Shown piece after piece: positions 27,919-38,213 of a stretch of DNA of 64,000 bases. Where the stretch lies: assembly GCA_030549895.1 (NCBI GenBank), contig JAUQQM010000001.1:44091-108090 (forward strand), given 5' to 3'. Every line of letters starts with the position of its first letter. Position 1 is the stretch's first letter. This DNA comes from Patescibacteria group bacterium. Its GTDB lineage: Bacteria; Patescibacteriota; Minisyncoccia; UBA6257; HR35. The notes below the pieces were generated by a model. It was given only the letters and a program-made list of their open reading frames with translations. It was not told the DNA's origin and did not search any database. A program made the position numbers and the translations under genes.

Positions 27919-28672
27919 TTTTTTAGATAATTTTTTATTTCTCTATAAAAGTAAATTAAATCCTCTGGTTTAAGTTCATGAGCTCTTAAATTTTTAATAT
28001 CTTTTTCAGGAAAACATTTTTTTAGGACCTTTTCTAGATCCTCCTCATTTATAAATTTTTTCAAGTTATTTTTTAATGTTTTTCGAGGAGATTTAAAACA
28101 TATTTTTAGAAATTTTACAATTTTTTCTACATCTTCAGGTAACTCTTTAAATTCAAATTTTATAGCTATTGAATTTAATTTTGGTTTTGGTCTGAAAAGA
28201 TTTTTGTCTATAAAAAGAATCTTTTTTGGTTTTGAAAAAATGTGAATATAATAGGAAAGAAAATTTCCTTTTGGCGATTCTTTTAAGATTTTCTCTCCTA
28301 ATGTCTCTGGAAAAGTAAAGACAGCAATTTCTGGTGGTTTTTTAGGGTTAAAGACTTTTCTTATTATTTTTCCTGCGATTGAATATGGTATATTTCCGAT
28401 TATTTTGTATTTTTGTTTTGGTAAGGGGAATTTTAAAAAATCACCGCAATATATTTTTATATTTTCTTTTTCTTTGAATTTTTCTTTTAAAATTTCTGCT
28501 AAAAGAGGATCTTTTTCGACAACTATTATTTTTCCTTTTAAAAATTGAGTTATCCTTCCCTTACCACCTCCTATTTCAATTACTAAGTCATCACTTTTAA
28601 TTTCTAAAGCTTCTACTAATTTTTTAGCAACCCAATTTTTTGTTAAAAACTTTTGATCCTTTTTTATCAAAA
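27915..28672 (-). CDS. rsmA: 16S rRNA (adenine1518/1519-N6)-dimethyltransferase RsmA/KsgA
   Basis: SAM motif VIEIGGGKGRIT; N-terminus KKDQKFLTKNW. Probable TTG start near 28670. The ORF-track extension MARTPLFQGG is the tRNA-Glu gene. Confidence 0.75.
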
Positions 28673-28675
28673 TTG

Positions 28676-28747
28676 CGCCCCCAACCGGAGTCGAACCGGT
28701 GTTTCCGCCTTGAAAGAGCGGTGTCCTAGCCACTAGACGATGGGGGC
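28676..28747 (-). tRNA. tRNA-Glu (TTC)
   Basis: Reverse complement GCCCCCATCGTCTAGTGGCTAGGACACCGCTCTTTCAAGGCGGAAACACCGGTTCGACTCCGGTTGGGGGCG folds as a cloverleaf; anticodon loop CTTTCAA. Confidence 0.85.
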
Positions 28748-28921
28748 ATTAATTTTCATAGTTTACCAAAGGATTTAAATAATAAAAAAAGCTTTTAAAG
28801 TTTTCTTTTTTACCAATTTCATTTCTAAAATAAAAAAGAAAACTTGCTGCCAGATACCCTAAAATAATTCCTATAATAAAAAATACCTTCCAAGTTGTAT
28901 TCCAAACTTTCATAAATTTAA

Positions 28922-29251
28922 TTATAACATATTAAGATGTTTAGAGCAAAAAAAGGAAGTGGGATCAACTTCTAGTCTTTCTTTTTCAATAGGTTGGCCA
29001 CATTTTTCACATATTCCATAGCTACCTTCCTCTATTTTTTTAAGAGCAAGATTTATTTTTGAGATTCTTTTTTTGATATTTTCTTCTAATACTTCTTCTG
29101 CTTGAGTGCTTTCAAAAATATCAGCAACTTCATCTTCGCTTAAAACATCAGTAAATTCTACATTTTTATGAAATTCAGCCATCATTTTTTCTAGATCATC
29201 TCTTTCTTTTTCTAATCTTTTTTTAAAATTTATTAAATCCTCTTTTTTCAT
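28922..29251 (-). CDS. DksA/TraR-family C4 zinc-finger protein
   Basis: C-terminal CEKCGQPI...FFCSKH four-Cys finger preceded by a coiled coil. Confidence 0.75.
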   Translation of the reverse strand: MKKEDLINFKKRLEKERDDLEKMMAEFHKNVEFTDVLSEDEVADIFESTQAEEVLEENIKKRISKINLALKKIEEGSYGICEKCGQPIEKERLEVDPTSFFCSKHLNML

Positions 29252-30225
29252 TCTAATTTTTTTAATACATTTAATATAAATTCTAACACAGAATCATGCG
29301 GGAAAATAGCCAAGTGATTTTTACCTATTAAAATATTAAAACCATAACCAGGTCTTTCATAAGGGATATTTACAAGATCAAAATTTTCGATTTTTTTAGT
29401 CTCATATTTACCTTTATTCGCCCCACCACTTTCTCCTAAAAATATAAAATCAAGATTATTATTTTTAGGATTTGGTTTTAACCAGTAATCAAGAAAAGTT
29501 CTTACTACACTGTCATTTTTTATTTTCGAAAATATAACAAAATATTCTCTTGTTGGGCTGTAATAAATTCCTAAGTCGTAATCTTGGAAGTTATCTAAAA
29601 ATCCTTTTAAAGAAAGTTGATTTTCAACTTGAGGGTTGAATATTTTCTGAAAAAGATGACCAAGAGAGATTTTTTCTTTAGCAAAAGTAAATTTTATTTT
29701 CTTAAAAGTAAATGGTTCTTCTTTTTTGATTTTCTCTGTAATTAACGCTTCTTTTATTGTTTGATTTGTTATTTCTTGAAGAGCTATTTCAACTTCTTTT
29801 TGACTTGGCACAAGAAAACTTTCTTCAATCTTTTCTGGTTCTTTAGTTTCCTCAGGTAAGCTTGTTTCTACTGGAAGAGTAATTTGTGATGTTGTTGGAG
29901 TTGTTTCTTTTTGAGTTTGTTTTTGTTGGACTGGCTGAGATACTTCAATTTTTGGTTTTGATTTTAAAGAAAGAAAAATACCTCCCAAAATCAAAACTAT
30001 TCCTAAAATTGGTCCTATTATAATTAAAGGACTTATCTTTTTTTCTTTTTCTATAACCTCTTCTTTTTCTTTAGGTTTTTCTTTTTCTTCTTTCTCTAAA
30101 ATTAAGCTTATCTGACTTAGAGAAAACTCTGGGATTTTTTCAATATCTTGTTTTCCTAAAGCTTCTAAGTCTTTTTTTAATGTTTCAATTTTTACATTTA
30201 TTTTCACCATCTTAGACAAGAACAA
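29248..30225 (-). CDS. Hypothetical membrane-anchored protein with Pro/Thr/Gln-rich linker
   Basis: ORF translation, one TM. Co-oriented with and overlapping the dksA-like and pnp genes. Confidence 0.4.
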   Translation of the reverse strand: MFLSKMVKINVKIETLKKDLEALGKQDIEKIPEFSLSQISLILEKEEKEKPKEKEEVIEKEKKISPLIIIGPILGIVLILGGIFLSLKSKPKIEVSQPVQQKQTQKETTPTTSQITLPVETSLPEETKEPEKIEESFLVPSQKEVEIALQEITNQTIKEALITEKIKKEEPFTFKKIKFTFAKEKISLGHLFQKIFNPQVENQLSLKGFLDNFQDYDLGIYYSPTREYFVIFSKIKNDSVVRTFLDYWLKPNPKNNNLDFIFLGESGGANKGKYETKKIENFDLVNIPYERPGYGFNILIGKNHLAIFPHDSVLEFILNVLKKLE

Positions 30226-32305
30226 GACTTAGCCTTCCTAGTTTGTCTTTTTCTTTAATTTTAACAGAAATTTTCTGCCCTAATTGAAGACCAAAATTCT
30301 TTTTGTTTTTCATCTCATTTTCCATATTTGAAATATGTAAAAGAGCATTAATTCCTCCCTCAAGTTCTACTAAAACACCAAAATCAAAGAATTTTATAAC
30401 TGTTCCTTGAGTAACATCACCAACATTGTATTCTCTAGGGGCAATAATTTTTTTAACCTTTTCCATTGCTTTTTGGAGATTTTCTTCATTTTCACAGATA
30501 ACATAAACATAGTTTTCTTCTGTGTCAATAAAAATTTCTGAATTAGTTTCTTGAGCTATTTGGTTGATAGTTCGACCGCCAGTTCCAATTAAAAGACCAA
30601 TTTTTTCTGGATCAATTTTAATTCTTTGAATTTTTGGAGCATGTTCAGATATTTTATTTGGCATGGATTTTACTGAATTCATTTTCTCTAAAATTTCTAA
30701 TCTTGCTTTTTTAGCTTTTTCTAAAGCATCTTTTAAAATTTCTAAAGTGATTCCTTTTATTTTTACATCCATTTGAAGAGCTGTAATTCCAGCATTAGTT
30801 CCAGCAACTTTAAAATCCATATCTCCATAATGATCTTCTATACCTTGAATATCAACTAGAGTAAGCCAATTATTTTTATTTTCTATATTTCCTTTACTTA
30901 TAAGCCCTATTGAAATTCCAGCAACATTTCTTTTTAAAGGTACACCAGCATCAAGTAAAGCTAACGAAGAAGCACAAACTGAAGCCATGGAGGTTGAACC
31001 ATTTGAAGAAAGTACTTCTGAGACAACCCTAATAGCATAAGGAAATGTTTCTAAATCTGGTACTAGAGGAAGAAGAGCTTTTTCGACAAGAGCGCTATGA
31101 CCTATTTCTCTTCTCATTGGTCCTTTTATTGAACCAACCTCTCCAGTACAGTAAGGAGGAAAATTATAGTGATGCATAAATCTTTTCCCACCGATAAATT
31201 CTATCTCTTTAACTAAAAGTTCTTGCTGAATTGAATCTAAAGTAACAAAAGACATAACTTTTGTAAGACCCCTTCCAAAATAAGCAGAACCATGAACACG
31301 TGGAATTACAGAAGTTTCAACTTCTATATTTCTTATTTGATTTAAATCCCTTCCATCAGGCCTTTTGCCTTTACTAAAAATATAATTTACAAATTCTTCT
31401 TTAATTTTTTCTTTAAATAAAAAATCAGCTAATGATTTTTCTTCTTCGCTTAATTCTTGGGCAAAACTTTTATCTAACTCATATTCACCTGGACTTTCTT
31501 TACCAAAATCTTTTTCTATTATTTTTAATGATCTGTTTACTATATCTTCTATTTTAAGAGGCACAGAAAAATTAAAAGAAATTTGCTGTTTTTTATTTAA
31601 GAATTCATATTCTGGTTTTGATTTTAGATCTTCTATTATCTCATTTTGAAAATCTATTAATTTTTTAATATTTTCATTAGCAATTTGGAAAGAGTCTATC
31701 AGATAACTTTCATCTATTTCTTTTGCTTTTAATTCAATCATATCTACTAAATTTCCATCACCAGCAAAGATAATTTCACCATCTAAACTGCTAGAAATAT
31801 CAAAAGATGGCTCAACTATTTTTTCTCCTTGTAAAATTCCAATTCTCACTCCCGCTAGAGGTCCGTCGAATGGTAAAGGTGAAAGGCAAAGAGCTAAGGA
31901 AGCCCCAAAAAGACCAAGTAAATCTGGATCATTTTTATAATCAAAGGAAAAGACAGTTACTGTTATGTGAGTTGGCCAGAAAAAGAATTTATCAAATCTT
32001 GGCCTTAAGCTTCTGTCAATCAATCTTGCATTTAAAATAGCACTTTCCGATGGCCTGCCTTCACGTCTTAAGAATTTACTTCCAAGAATTTTGCCAATGG
32101 AATAAAATTTTTCCTCATAATCAACTGTAAGGGGTAAAAAGCCTAAAAATTTATTTTCTTTTTTAACATTTAAAGTAACAAGAACAGTAGTATTTTCCTG
32201 CTGAATCCAAACAGAAGAAAGGGATCTTGCTACAAGAGGATTTATATAGACTTTAAGAGTTTTTCCATTAAAATTTAAATTGTAACTTTTACCTAAAATA
32301 CTCAT
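30212..32305 (-). CDS. pnp: Polyribonucleotide nucleotidyltransferase (PNPase)
   Basis: Two RNase PH domains, then KH (GPGGRTINQI-like: IGTGGRTINQI) and S1 domains. Confidence 0.9.
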   Translation of the reverse strand: MSILGKSYNLNFNGKTLKVYINPLVARSLSSVWIQQENTTVLVTLNVKKENKFLGFLPLTVDYEEKFYSIGKILGSKFLRREGRPSESAILNARLIDRSLRPRFDKFFFWPTHITVTVFSFDYKNDPDLLGLFGASLALCLSPLPFDGPLAGVRIGILQGEKIVEPSFDISSSLDGEIIFAGDGNLVDMIELKAKEIDESYLIDSFQIANENIKKLIDFQNEIIEDLKSKPEYEFLNKKQQISFNFSVPLKIEDIVNRSLKIIEKDFGKESPGEYELDKSFAQELSEEEKSLADFLFKEKIKEEFVNYIFSKGKRPDGRDLNQIRNIEVETSVIPRVHGSAYFGRGLTKVMSFVTLDSIQQELLVKEIEFIGGKRFMHHYNFPPYCTGEVGSIKGPMRREIGHSALVEKALLPLVPDLETFPYAIRVVSEVLSSNGSTSMASVCASSLALLDAGVPLKRNVAGISIGLISKGNIENKNNWLTLVDIQGIEDHYGDMDFKVAGTNAGITALQMDVKIKGITLEILKDALEKAKKARLEILEKMNSVKSMPNKISEHAPKIQRIKIDPEKIGLLIGTGGRTINQIAQETNSEIFIDTEENYVYVICENEENLQKAMEKVKKIIAPREYNVGDVTQGTVIKFFDFGVLVELEGGINALLHISNMENEMKNKKNFGLQLGQKISVKIKEKDKLGRLSLVLV

Positions 32306-32355
32306 AGAATAATTATAAAGTAATCTTAAAAGTTAAAATTTTTAGATCATTTAAA

Positions 32356-32922
32356 TTACTTTATTACTTTTGGCAAAACTATTCCTTTTTGATTCTGATA
32401 TTTTCCTTTTCTATCTGCGTAAGAAACTTGACAAGGTTCATCAGCTTCCAAAAATATAACCTGAGCTATTCCTTCGTTAGCATAAATTTTTGCTGGCAAG
32501 GGAGTAGTGTTAGAAATTTCAATAGTCACATGTCCAGCCCATTCACTTTCTAAAGGTGTAACATTGACGATTATTCCACAACGAGCATAAGTTGATTTTC
32601 CAACAACAAGAGCAAGGATATTTCTTGGAATTCGGAAATACTCAACAGATCTTCCTAAAACAAAAGAATTAGGTGGGATAACACAAACTTTTCCTTTATG
32701 TTTAATGAAATAAGTCTCTTTGGCATTTTTAGGATCAATAATTTCAGTTGGATAAGCATTGTGAAAAATATAAAATTCATCAGCAATTCTCATATCATAA
32801 CCATAACTTGAAAGGCCATAAGAAATTTTGCCTTTACTTATAAGTTTTTCAACGAAAGGCTCGATCATTTTGTGCTTTTTTGCCATATATTTTATCCACT
32901 TGTCATTTTTTATCCCAGCCAT
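32356..32922 (-). CDS. dcd: dCTP deaminase
   Basis: 188 aa; dUTPase-like fold motifs ...[10 protein letters not shown]..., ...[12 protein letters not shown]... Confidence 0.85.
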   Translation of the reverse strand: MAGIKNDKWIKYMAKKHKMIEPFVEKLISKGKISYGLSSYGYDMRIADEFYIFHNAYPTEIIDPKNAKETYFIKHKGKVCVIPPNSFVLGRSVEYFRIPRNILALVVGKSTYARCGIIVNVTPLESEWAGHVTIEISNTTPLPAKIYANEGIAQVIFLEADEPCQVSYADRKGKYQNQKGIVLPKVIK

Positions 32923-32942
32923 TTTAGAAATAATTATAGCAT

Positions 32943-34220
32943 TTATTTTATAATTTCAATGACTCCGTTTACTGGTTTTTTAGAACTGACTACCAAAATT
33001 ATTTTTGTTTTTTCGATAGAGGGCAGAAAATCTTTTCCAATAATTTCTTTGTCATCCAACCAATACAGCTTTAAATCAACAAATGTGTTTTTATTCCAAA
33101 AATATCTTATTTGTTTTTCAGGAAAAATAAAAATCATACCATCATAATCCAGAGGTTTTTTGACAAACATCAAGCCTTTTTCCCATTCTTGAGGATTTTT
33201 AGCTATCCTTAATTTGTAAACATTTCCTTCTATCTCAGAAATCATTAATTTGTCACTTATTTTTTCTATTTGAAATTTTTCATTTAAATATAGCCAACGA
33301 AAATAAATCTCTTTAATTCTTTTATCTTCAATTTCAAGTTCAACAAGTCCTCCTTTTGTAGTTTGTTCTGAGAAATCTTGATCGAAAGTAAAATTTCCTA
33401 AGGAATAAAAAATTAATTTTTCTTTATATTTTTCTATTTTTTGAACAACATGAGGATGATGACCTACAACAAGATCAGCTCCAAGATCTATAGCTTTATG
33501 GGCAAAGTATTTTTGATTTTCAGTTGGTTCAATCTCATATTCATTCCCCCAGTGAAAGACTACTATTAAAATATCAACAATTCTTTTCGCTTCTTTTATT
33601 TTTCTTTCAAAAATCTCTTCTTCTAAAAAAGCAATTCCTGGGGAGTTTTTTGCTTTAAGATGTTCTAAAAATTGGCTAAAACCTAGGATTCCAATTTTAT
33701 TTCCATATTTTTCTAAAATTAAAGGCGCATATGCGCTAATTTCGTCTTGGCCAACTCCGAAAAAGAAAAATTCATTTTCTTTTAAAATTTTTAAAGTATC
33801 ATCAAATGCTTCTTTACCATAATCAAAAATGTGATTATTAGCTAGATTAAAAACTTTTAAATTAGCATTTTTTAAAGCTTCAATTATTTCTGGCTCCATT
33901 CTAAAAGAATATTTACTTCCTATTTTAGTTCCTCTATTTGAAACTGGCCCCTCTAAATTTAAAACAACATAATCAAAATTATTAAAGTAATTTAGATATT
34001 TTTCAAAAAGTTTAAGATAATTACCCTCAAAGTTTTCTTTAACACTCTTTTTAACACGGCGATCCATCATTAAATCCCCGCCAAAAAGAATTTTAATTTT
34101 TTTATTTTCTTGAAAGGTTAAAGAACTATTTTTAGAGATATTTTTTTGAGGGTTACTTTTTGATAAAAATATTAAACTTATAAAGAAAACTACTAAAATT
34201 ATAAAAATAATTTTCTTCAT
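32943..34220 (-). CDS. CapA/PGA_cap-family metallophosphatase fused to a C-terminal DUF192 (COG1430) domain; signal peptide
   Basis: [24 protein letters not shown] motifs. C-terminal ...[20 protein letters not shown]...[16 protein letters not shown]... is DUF192-like. Confidence 0.65.
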   Translation of the reverse strand: MKKIIFIILVVFFISLIFLSKSNPQKNISKNSSLTFQENKKIKILFGGDLMMDRRVKKSVKENFEGNYLKLFEKYLNYFNNFDYVVLNLEGPVSNRGTKIGSKYSFRMEPEIIEALKNANLKVFNLANNHIFDYGKEAFDDTLKILKENEFFFFGVGQDEISAYAPLILEKYGNKIGILGFSQFLEHLKAKNSPGIAFLEEEIFERKIKEAKRIVDILIVVFHWGNEYEIEPTENQKYFAHKAIDLGADLVVGHHPHVVQKIEKYKEKLIFYSLGNFTFDQDFSEQTTKGGLVELEIEDKRIKEIYFRWLYLNEKFQIEKISDKLMISEIEGNVYKLRIAKNPQEWEKGLMFVKKPLDYDGMIFIFPEKQIRYFWNKNTFVDLKLYWLDDKEIIGKDFLPSIEKTKIILVVSSKKPVNGVIEIIK

Positions 34221-34233
34221 AAAAATTTTAGAG

Positions 34234-34746
34234 TTATTTTGCTAATTTCTCACAATAATGTTTTAGCTCATCAAATAAATTTTTTAGAGGCTCTTTAAAT
34301 TTTTCTTCATCAAAGTCACTTACATTAGAAAAATAAACTGCATTCTTCAAAGGCATCATTGAAAACTCAAGACAGACAAGTCTTAATTGTTCAACCATTC
34401 TTGCTCCACCAATCATTCCTATACTTACTCCACAAATTCCAACTGGTTTTTCTTTATATTCTTCATAAAAGTTATCTAGAAGAAGTTTTAATTCTCCTGG
34501 AAAAGAATGGTTATATTCAGGGGAGACAATAATAAAACCATTTGCTTTTTGAAAAATTTCAGAAAGCTTGTTTCTTTTTTCTTCTTCCATCTCACCAGTA
34601 AAAGGACTATCTAACCAATCTCTTGGATTTATTAGTTGAGAATCAAATCCATAACTTTGAGCCTCTTTTAAAACAAAATTAGCAACTTTTAAAGAATTAC
34701 TACCCTTTCTACCCGTTCCTAAAATTATTGGAATGAATGATTTCAT
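34234..34746 (-). CDS. NAD(P)H-dependent FMN reductase / flavodoxin-like oxidoreductase
   Basis: N-terminal IPIILGTGRKGSNSLKVANFV pattern. Confidence 0.65.
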   Translation of the reverse strand: MKSFIPIILGTGRKGSNSLKVANFVLKEAQSYGFDSQLINPRDWLDSPFTGEMEEEKRNKLSEIFQKANGFIIVSPEYNHSFPGELKLLLDNFYEEYKEKPVGICGVSIGMIGGARMVEQLRLVCLEFSMMPLKNAVYFSNVSDFDEEKFKEPLKNLFDELKHYCEKLAK

Positions 34747-34753
34747 AATTTAA

Positions 34754-35632
34754 TTATATCTTAAAAGTCTTTAAGAATTTTTTGAATTCATTTTTTAATT
34801 CTTTGTTTTTAAGAGCAAAATTTGCTATCGCTTTTAAATATCCTATTTTACTTCCACAATCGTAGCGAATGCCTTTAAATTTAAGACCATATACTGGTTT
34901 TATCTTTAAAAGTTCATTTAAAGCCTCACTAAGTGTAATTTCTTTTCCTTTTTTTGGTTTTAGTTTTTTTAAGATCTCGAAAATATCTGGTTCTAAAATG
35001 AATCTTCCAACAATAGCCAAATTTGAAGGAGCATCTTTAGCTTTTGGTTTTTCGAAAATCCTTTTAATTTTTAAAATATTTTTTTCAACTAAGACTCCTT
35101 CAATGATTCCATATTTTTCTACATCTTTTTTATTTACTTTTTCTAAAGCAATAACAGGACTTTTATACTTTTTAAAAATATTTATCATTTGCTCTAGACA
35201 AGGCATTCGGCTGTCAATAACATCGTCAGCAAAAAGGACAGCAAAGGGTTCGTTTTTTATTAAATGACTAGCACAAAGCAGAGCATGCCCACTTCCTAAA
35301 GGTTCTTTTTGTCTTACATAAGCAAAATTAGCTAATTTTGAGATAGCTCTTATTTCTTTTAAAAGGCGGTAATTTTTGTTTGAAATTAGTTTCAATTCAA
35401 TCTCGGGTGCATAATCAAAATAATCTTCAATTGCTCTTTTATTTCTTCCAGTGACAAAAATTATATTTTCAATTCCAGAATTTACTGCCTCTTCAACAAC
35501 ATACTGAATGACTGGTTTATCAATTAGAGGTAACATTTCTTTTGGTTGAGCTTTAGTTACTGGTAAAAATCTTGTTCCTAAGCCAGCTACAGGAATGATA
35601 GCAGTTTTAATAGTTTTGGTCATTTTTTGCAT
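34754..35632 (-). CDS. galU: UTP-glucose-1-phosphate uridylyltransferase
   Basis: [34 protein letters not shown] is the classic GalU N-terminus. Confidence 0.9.
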   Translation of the reverse strand: MQKMTKTIKTAIIPVAGLGTRFLPVTKAQPKEMLPLIDKPVIQYVVEEAVNSGIENIIFVTGRNKRAIEDYFDYAPEIELKLISNKNYRLLKEIRAISKLANFAYVRQKEPLGSGHALLCASHLIKNEPFAVLFADDVIDSRMPCLEQMINIFKKYKSPVIALEKVNKKDVEKYGIIEGVLVEKNILKIKRIFEKPKAKDAPSNLAIVGRFILEPDIFEILKKLKPKKGKEITLSEALNELLKIKPVYGLKFKGIRYDCGSKIGYLKAIANFALKNKELKNEFKKFLKTFKI

Positions 35633-35886
35633 TCTCCTTTATATTTGATTTTAACTCCAGCTGCTTTGGCCATGCATTCATTAGAATAAGTTTTGTTGTT
35701 TGTGCCGCAAACAGGATTCCATTCTTGAGTACAAAAAATTGGCCTAGATTTTTTGTGTTCTTTAGGTTTTTTTAAAAAATAAAAGATATTTTTTAAATTG
35801 CTCTCTGGTTTTTTTGAATTTTGTTTTGTTTGAGCAAAAATATTAAAAGTTAGCGAGAAAATAATTAAAATAACAAAAACTTTCAT
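35620..35886 (-). CDS. Secreted Kazal-type serine-protease-inhibitor domain protein (88 aa)
   Basis: Signal peptide, then ...[35 protein letters not shown] (PVCG..TYsNeC Kazal core). Confidence 0.65.
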   Translation of the reverse strand: MKVFVILIIFSLTFNIFAQTKQNSKKPESNLKNIFYFLKKPKEHKKSRPIFCTQEWNPVCGTNNKTYSNECMAKAAGVKIKYKGECKK

Positions 35887-35926
35887 TTTAAAGTTAATTT
35901 TAACATATTTCGTTTAAAATTAATTT

Positions 35927-36625
35927 ATGAAGGAATTTAAAAAATTTGGAAAGGGTGAAAGAACTTTTGAGGACTATTTAAACTCACTAGCACAGACTTA
36001 TTTTCCTGGTAATCGAGAAAAAGATAAAAGAGCAAGGGAGTTATTTAAAAAAGAAATTCTCGGTTTAATTACCGACGAAGAAAAAAAGGAATTAGAAAGT
36101 TATTTTCAAGATCAAGAGAGAGAATTTTATAAACTTTTTGATCTTTCTTTAAAAAATCCTGAAAAATTTGTCTTAGTGAATATAAGCGAAGGAAAAATGA
36201 TTGAGGCTTCTGAAGAAGATGAAAAAACAATTTGGACATATGGGCTTGGTGGTTGTTATTCTTGTTTAATATTTGCTAAAAAAGAAAATAATAGTTTTTG
36301 TATTTTAACTCATTACCCACAAAGCGAAACAGAAGAACATTTAAAGCAAATAGAAAGATTAATTAAAGGGAAACCAGAGATAATCACTGCCGAAAGAAAA
36401 CTTACTTTAATTTTTAGTCCTTTACTAGCAGTCACCGGACCAATTAGTTTTCCTAAAAAATTAGAAATGATTTCTAATCATATAAAAAATTTATTTGGCG
36501 GAAGTGTGATTGAAAAATTTTATCCAATTGAACCTCTTGAGTGGGAAAACTATGGCCTTTTAATTGCTAAAATAGGTAAAGGATTAAGTTATAAAACTTG
36601 GTTTGAAGAAGAAAGTTTTGAATGA
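35927..36625 (+). CDS. Hypothetical protein (232 aa)
   Basis: ORF only. Confidence 0.4.
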   Translation: MKEFKKFGKGERTFEDYLNSLAQTYFPGNREKDKRARELFKKEILGLITDEEKKELESYFQDQEREFYKLFDLSLKNPEKFVLVNISEGKMIEASEEDEKTIWTYGLGGCYSCLIFAKKENNSFCILTHYPQSETEEHLKQIERLIKGKPEIITAERKLTLIFSPLLAVTGPISFPKKLEMISNHIKNLFGGSVIEKFYPIEPLEWENYGLLIAKIGKGLSYKTWFEEESFE

Positions 36626-36692
36626 GATTTTAAAGTTTGGAATTAAAAAGTGAAAAGACAATTTTGAATAAAAGTTTTTATGATAAAATTTT

Positions 36693-36761
36693 ATGATGAA
36701 AAAAATAGGCATTATCGGTCTAGGAATAGTTGGTAAAACCCAAGATGTTAAGATTAATTAA
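36693..36761 (+). pseudogene. 22-codon remnant of a Gfo/Idh/MocA-type NAD-binding oxidoreductase N-terminus (MMKKIGIIGLGIVGKT...stop)
   Basis: Rossmann GxGxxG fingerprint KIGIIGLGIVGK followed by a stop after 22 codons. It is in a different frame from the downstream ORF. Confidence 0.5.
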
Positions 36762-37155
36762 AAAATCAATTTTTGTTCTTAAGAATTATGGTTTGAAAGT
36801 TTTTTTGATTAAAGCTATAAAGTGGCCAATTAATAGAATAAATCTTCTTTTAAGAAAAGACTCTCATAACCAGGAAACCTTGGAAGAAGTTAAAAATATT
36901 TTAAGCGGTAATCAATTAGATTTTCTTTTTATTGATGGTGATCATACTTATGAAGGAGTTAAAAAAGATTTTGAAATGTATAGTCCTTTAGTTAGAAAAG
37001 GAGGAATCATTGCGTTTCATGATATTATAAATAAAGATCCCTTAAGGAAAGATATTGAAGTGCCTAAATTTTGGTCAGTACTTAAAAATCGCTACAGAAT
37101 TAACGAGATAATTTTTGATAAGTTTAATTATGGTATAGGTTTAATATTTTTATAA
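36745..37155 (+). pseudogene. 5'-truncated class I SAM-dependent methyltransferase (Methyltransf_24/TylF-like). Only the C-terminal half is present.
   Basis: ...LDFLFIDGDHTYEGVKKDFEMYSPLVRKGGIIAFHDI is the C-terminal MT24 core. The N-terminal SAM-binding GxGxG motif is absent. Confidence 0.5.
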
Positions 37156-37175
37156 GCTTAAATAATAATTTTAAG

Positions 37176-38201
37176 ATGAAAATTTCAGTAGTTGTACCAA
37201 CAATAAGAGAAAGTTCTATAAGAAGATTTATTGGTGAATGGGGAGAAATTTTTGATAAATATAAAATTAATTTAATTATTATTGAAGATAATCCTATTAA
37301 ATCTTTTGAAATAAATAAGAATTTAAAATTTCCAATCTTTCATTACAGTTGGGAGGATATAGAAAAAGATTTGGGAAAAGATAGTTGGATTATTCCAAGA
37401 AGAACTTCAGCAATTAAAAGTTATGGTTTTTGGAAAGCATATCAGATGAAAAGTGATATGATAATAGCTTTGGACGATGATTGTTACCCATTAGAGAATT
37501 ATATTAAAAACTTCAATAAGAATAATTTTATTAAATCTCATTATGATGCATTGTTTAAGAATACATACCGGGAAATAAAATGGGTTTCAACTATCAGATT
37601 AAAAGACAATATTAGGCCAAGAGGATTACCTTATAAACAAGTGGAAGATATTATTGATCCAAACAAGATTATTTTAAATCATGGTTTATGGGCAAATGTT
37701 CCAGATTTTGATGCTATTACTCAATTAAAATTTAAAAGATTCCCCAGAATTGAAAATTATTTTATTCAACAAATTATCCCTGTAGGGAAATATTTTCCAA
37801 TGTGTGGTATGAATTTAGCATGGAAACGGGAATTGACTCCAGTAATGTATTTTATGTTGATGGGTAAAGACAAAAATGAAAAACCTTGGGGTTTTGATAG
37901 ATTTGATGATATTTGGGCCGGAATTTTTATTAAAAAAATTTGTGATCATTTGGGTTTTAGGATAGTTTCAGGTTATCCGGTTATTTGGCATGATCGAGCA
38001 AGCGATCCTTATAAAAATTTAGAAAAAGAAAGGAGGGGTATAAAAATTAATGAATATTTATGGAAAGAGGTAGATAGGGTTAAATTAACTAAAGATAATT
38101 TAAAAGATTGCTATAGGGAGTTAGTTATTAAGCTTAAAATAAAGGGCGATTATTTTAAAAAATTGAAAAAATCAGTTAATATTTGGATAGAATTGTTTTA
38201 G
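37176..38201 (+). CDS. Reversibly-glycosylated-polypeptide / UDP-L-arabinopyranose mutase family protein (GT75, plant-type RGP/UAM homologue)
   Basis: Long collinear motif matches to plant RGP1 recalled from memory: VVVPTIRE, IALDDDCYP, HGLWANVPDFDAITQL, FPMCGMNLAW.RELTPVMYFMLMG, RFDDIWAGIFIKKICDHLG, IWHDRASDPYKNLEKE. Confidence 0.7.
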   Translation: MKISVVVPTIRESSIRRFIGEWGEIFDKYKINLIIIEDNPIKSFEINKNLKFPIFHYSWEDIEKDLGKDSWIIPRRTSAIKSYGFWKAYQMKSDMIIALDDDCYPLENYIKNFNKNNFIKSHYDALFKNTYREIKWVSTIRLKDNIRPRGLPYKQVEDIIDPNKIILNHGLWANVPDFDAITQLKFKRFPRIENYFIQQIIPVGKYFPMCGMNLAWKRELTPVMYFMLMGKDKNEKPWGFDRFDDIWAGIFIKKICDHLGFRIVSGYPVIWHDRASDPYKNLEKERRGIKINEYLWKEVDRVKLTKDNLKDCYRELVIKLKIKGDYFKKLKKSVNIWIELF

Positions 38202-38213
38202 TTTTTTAAAATC

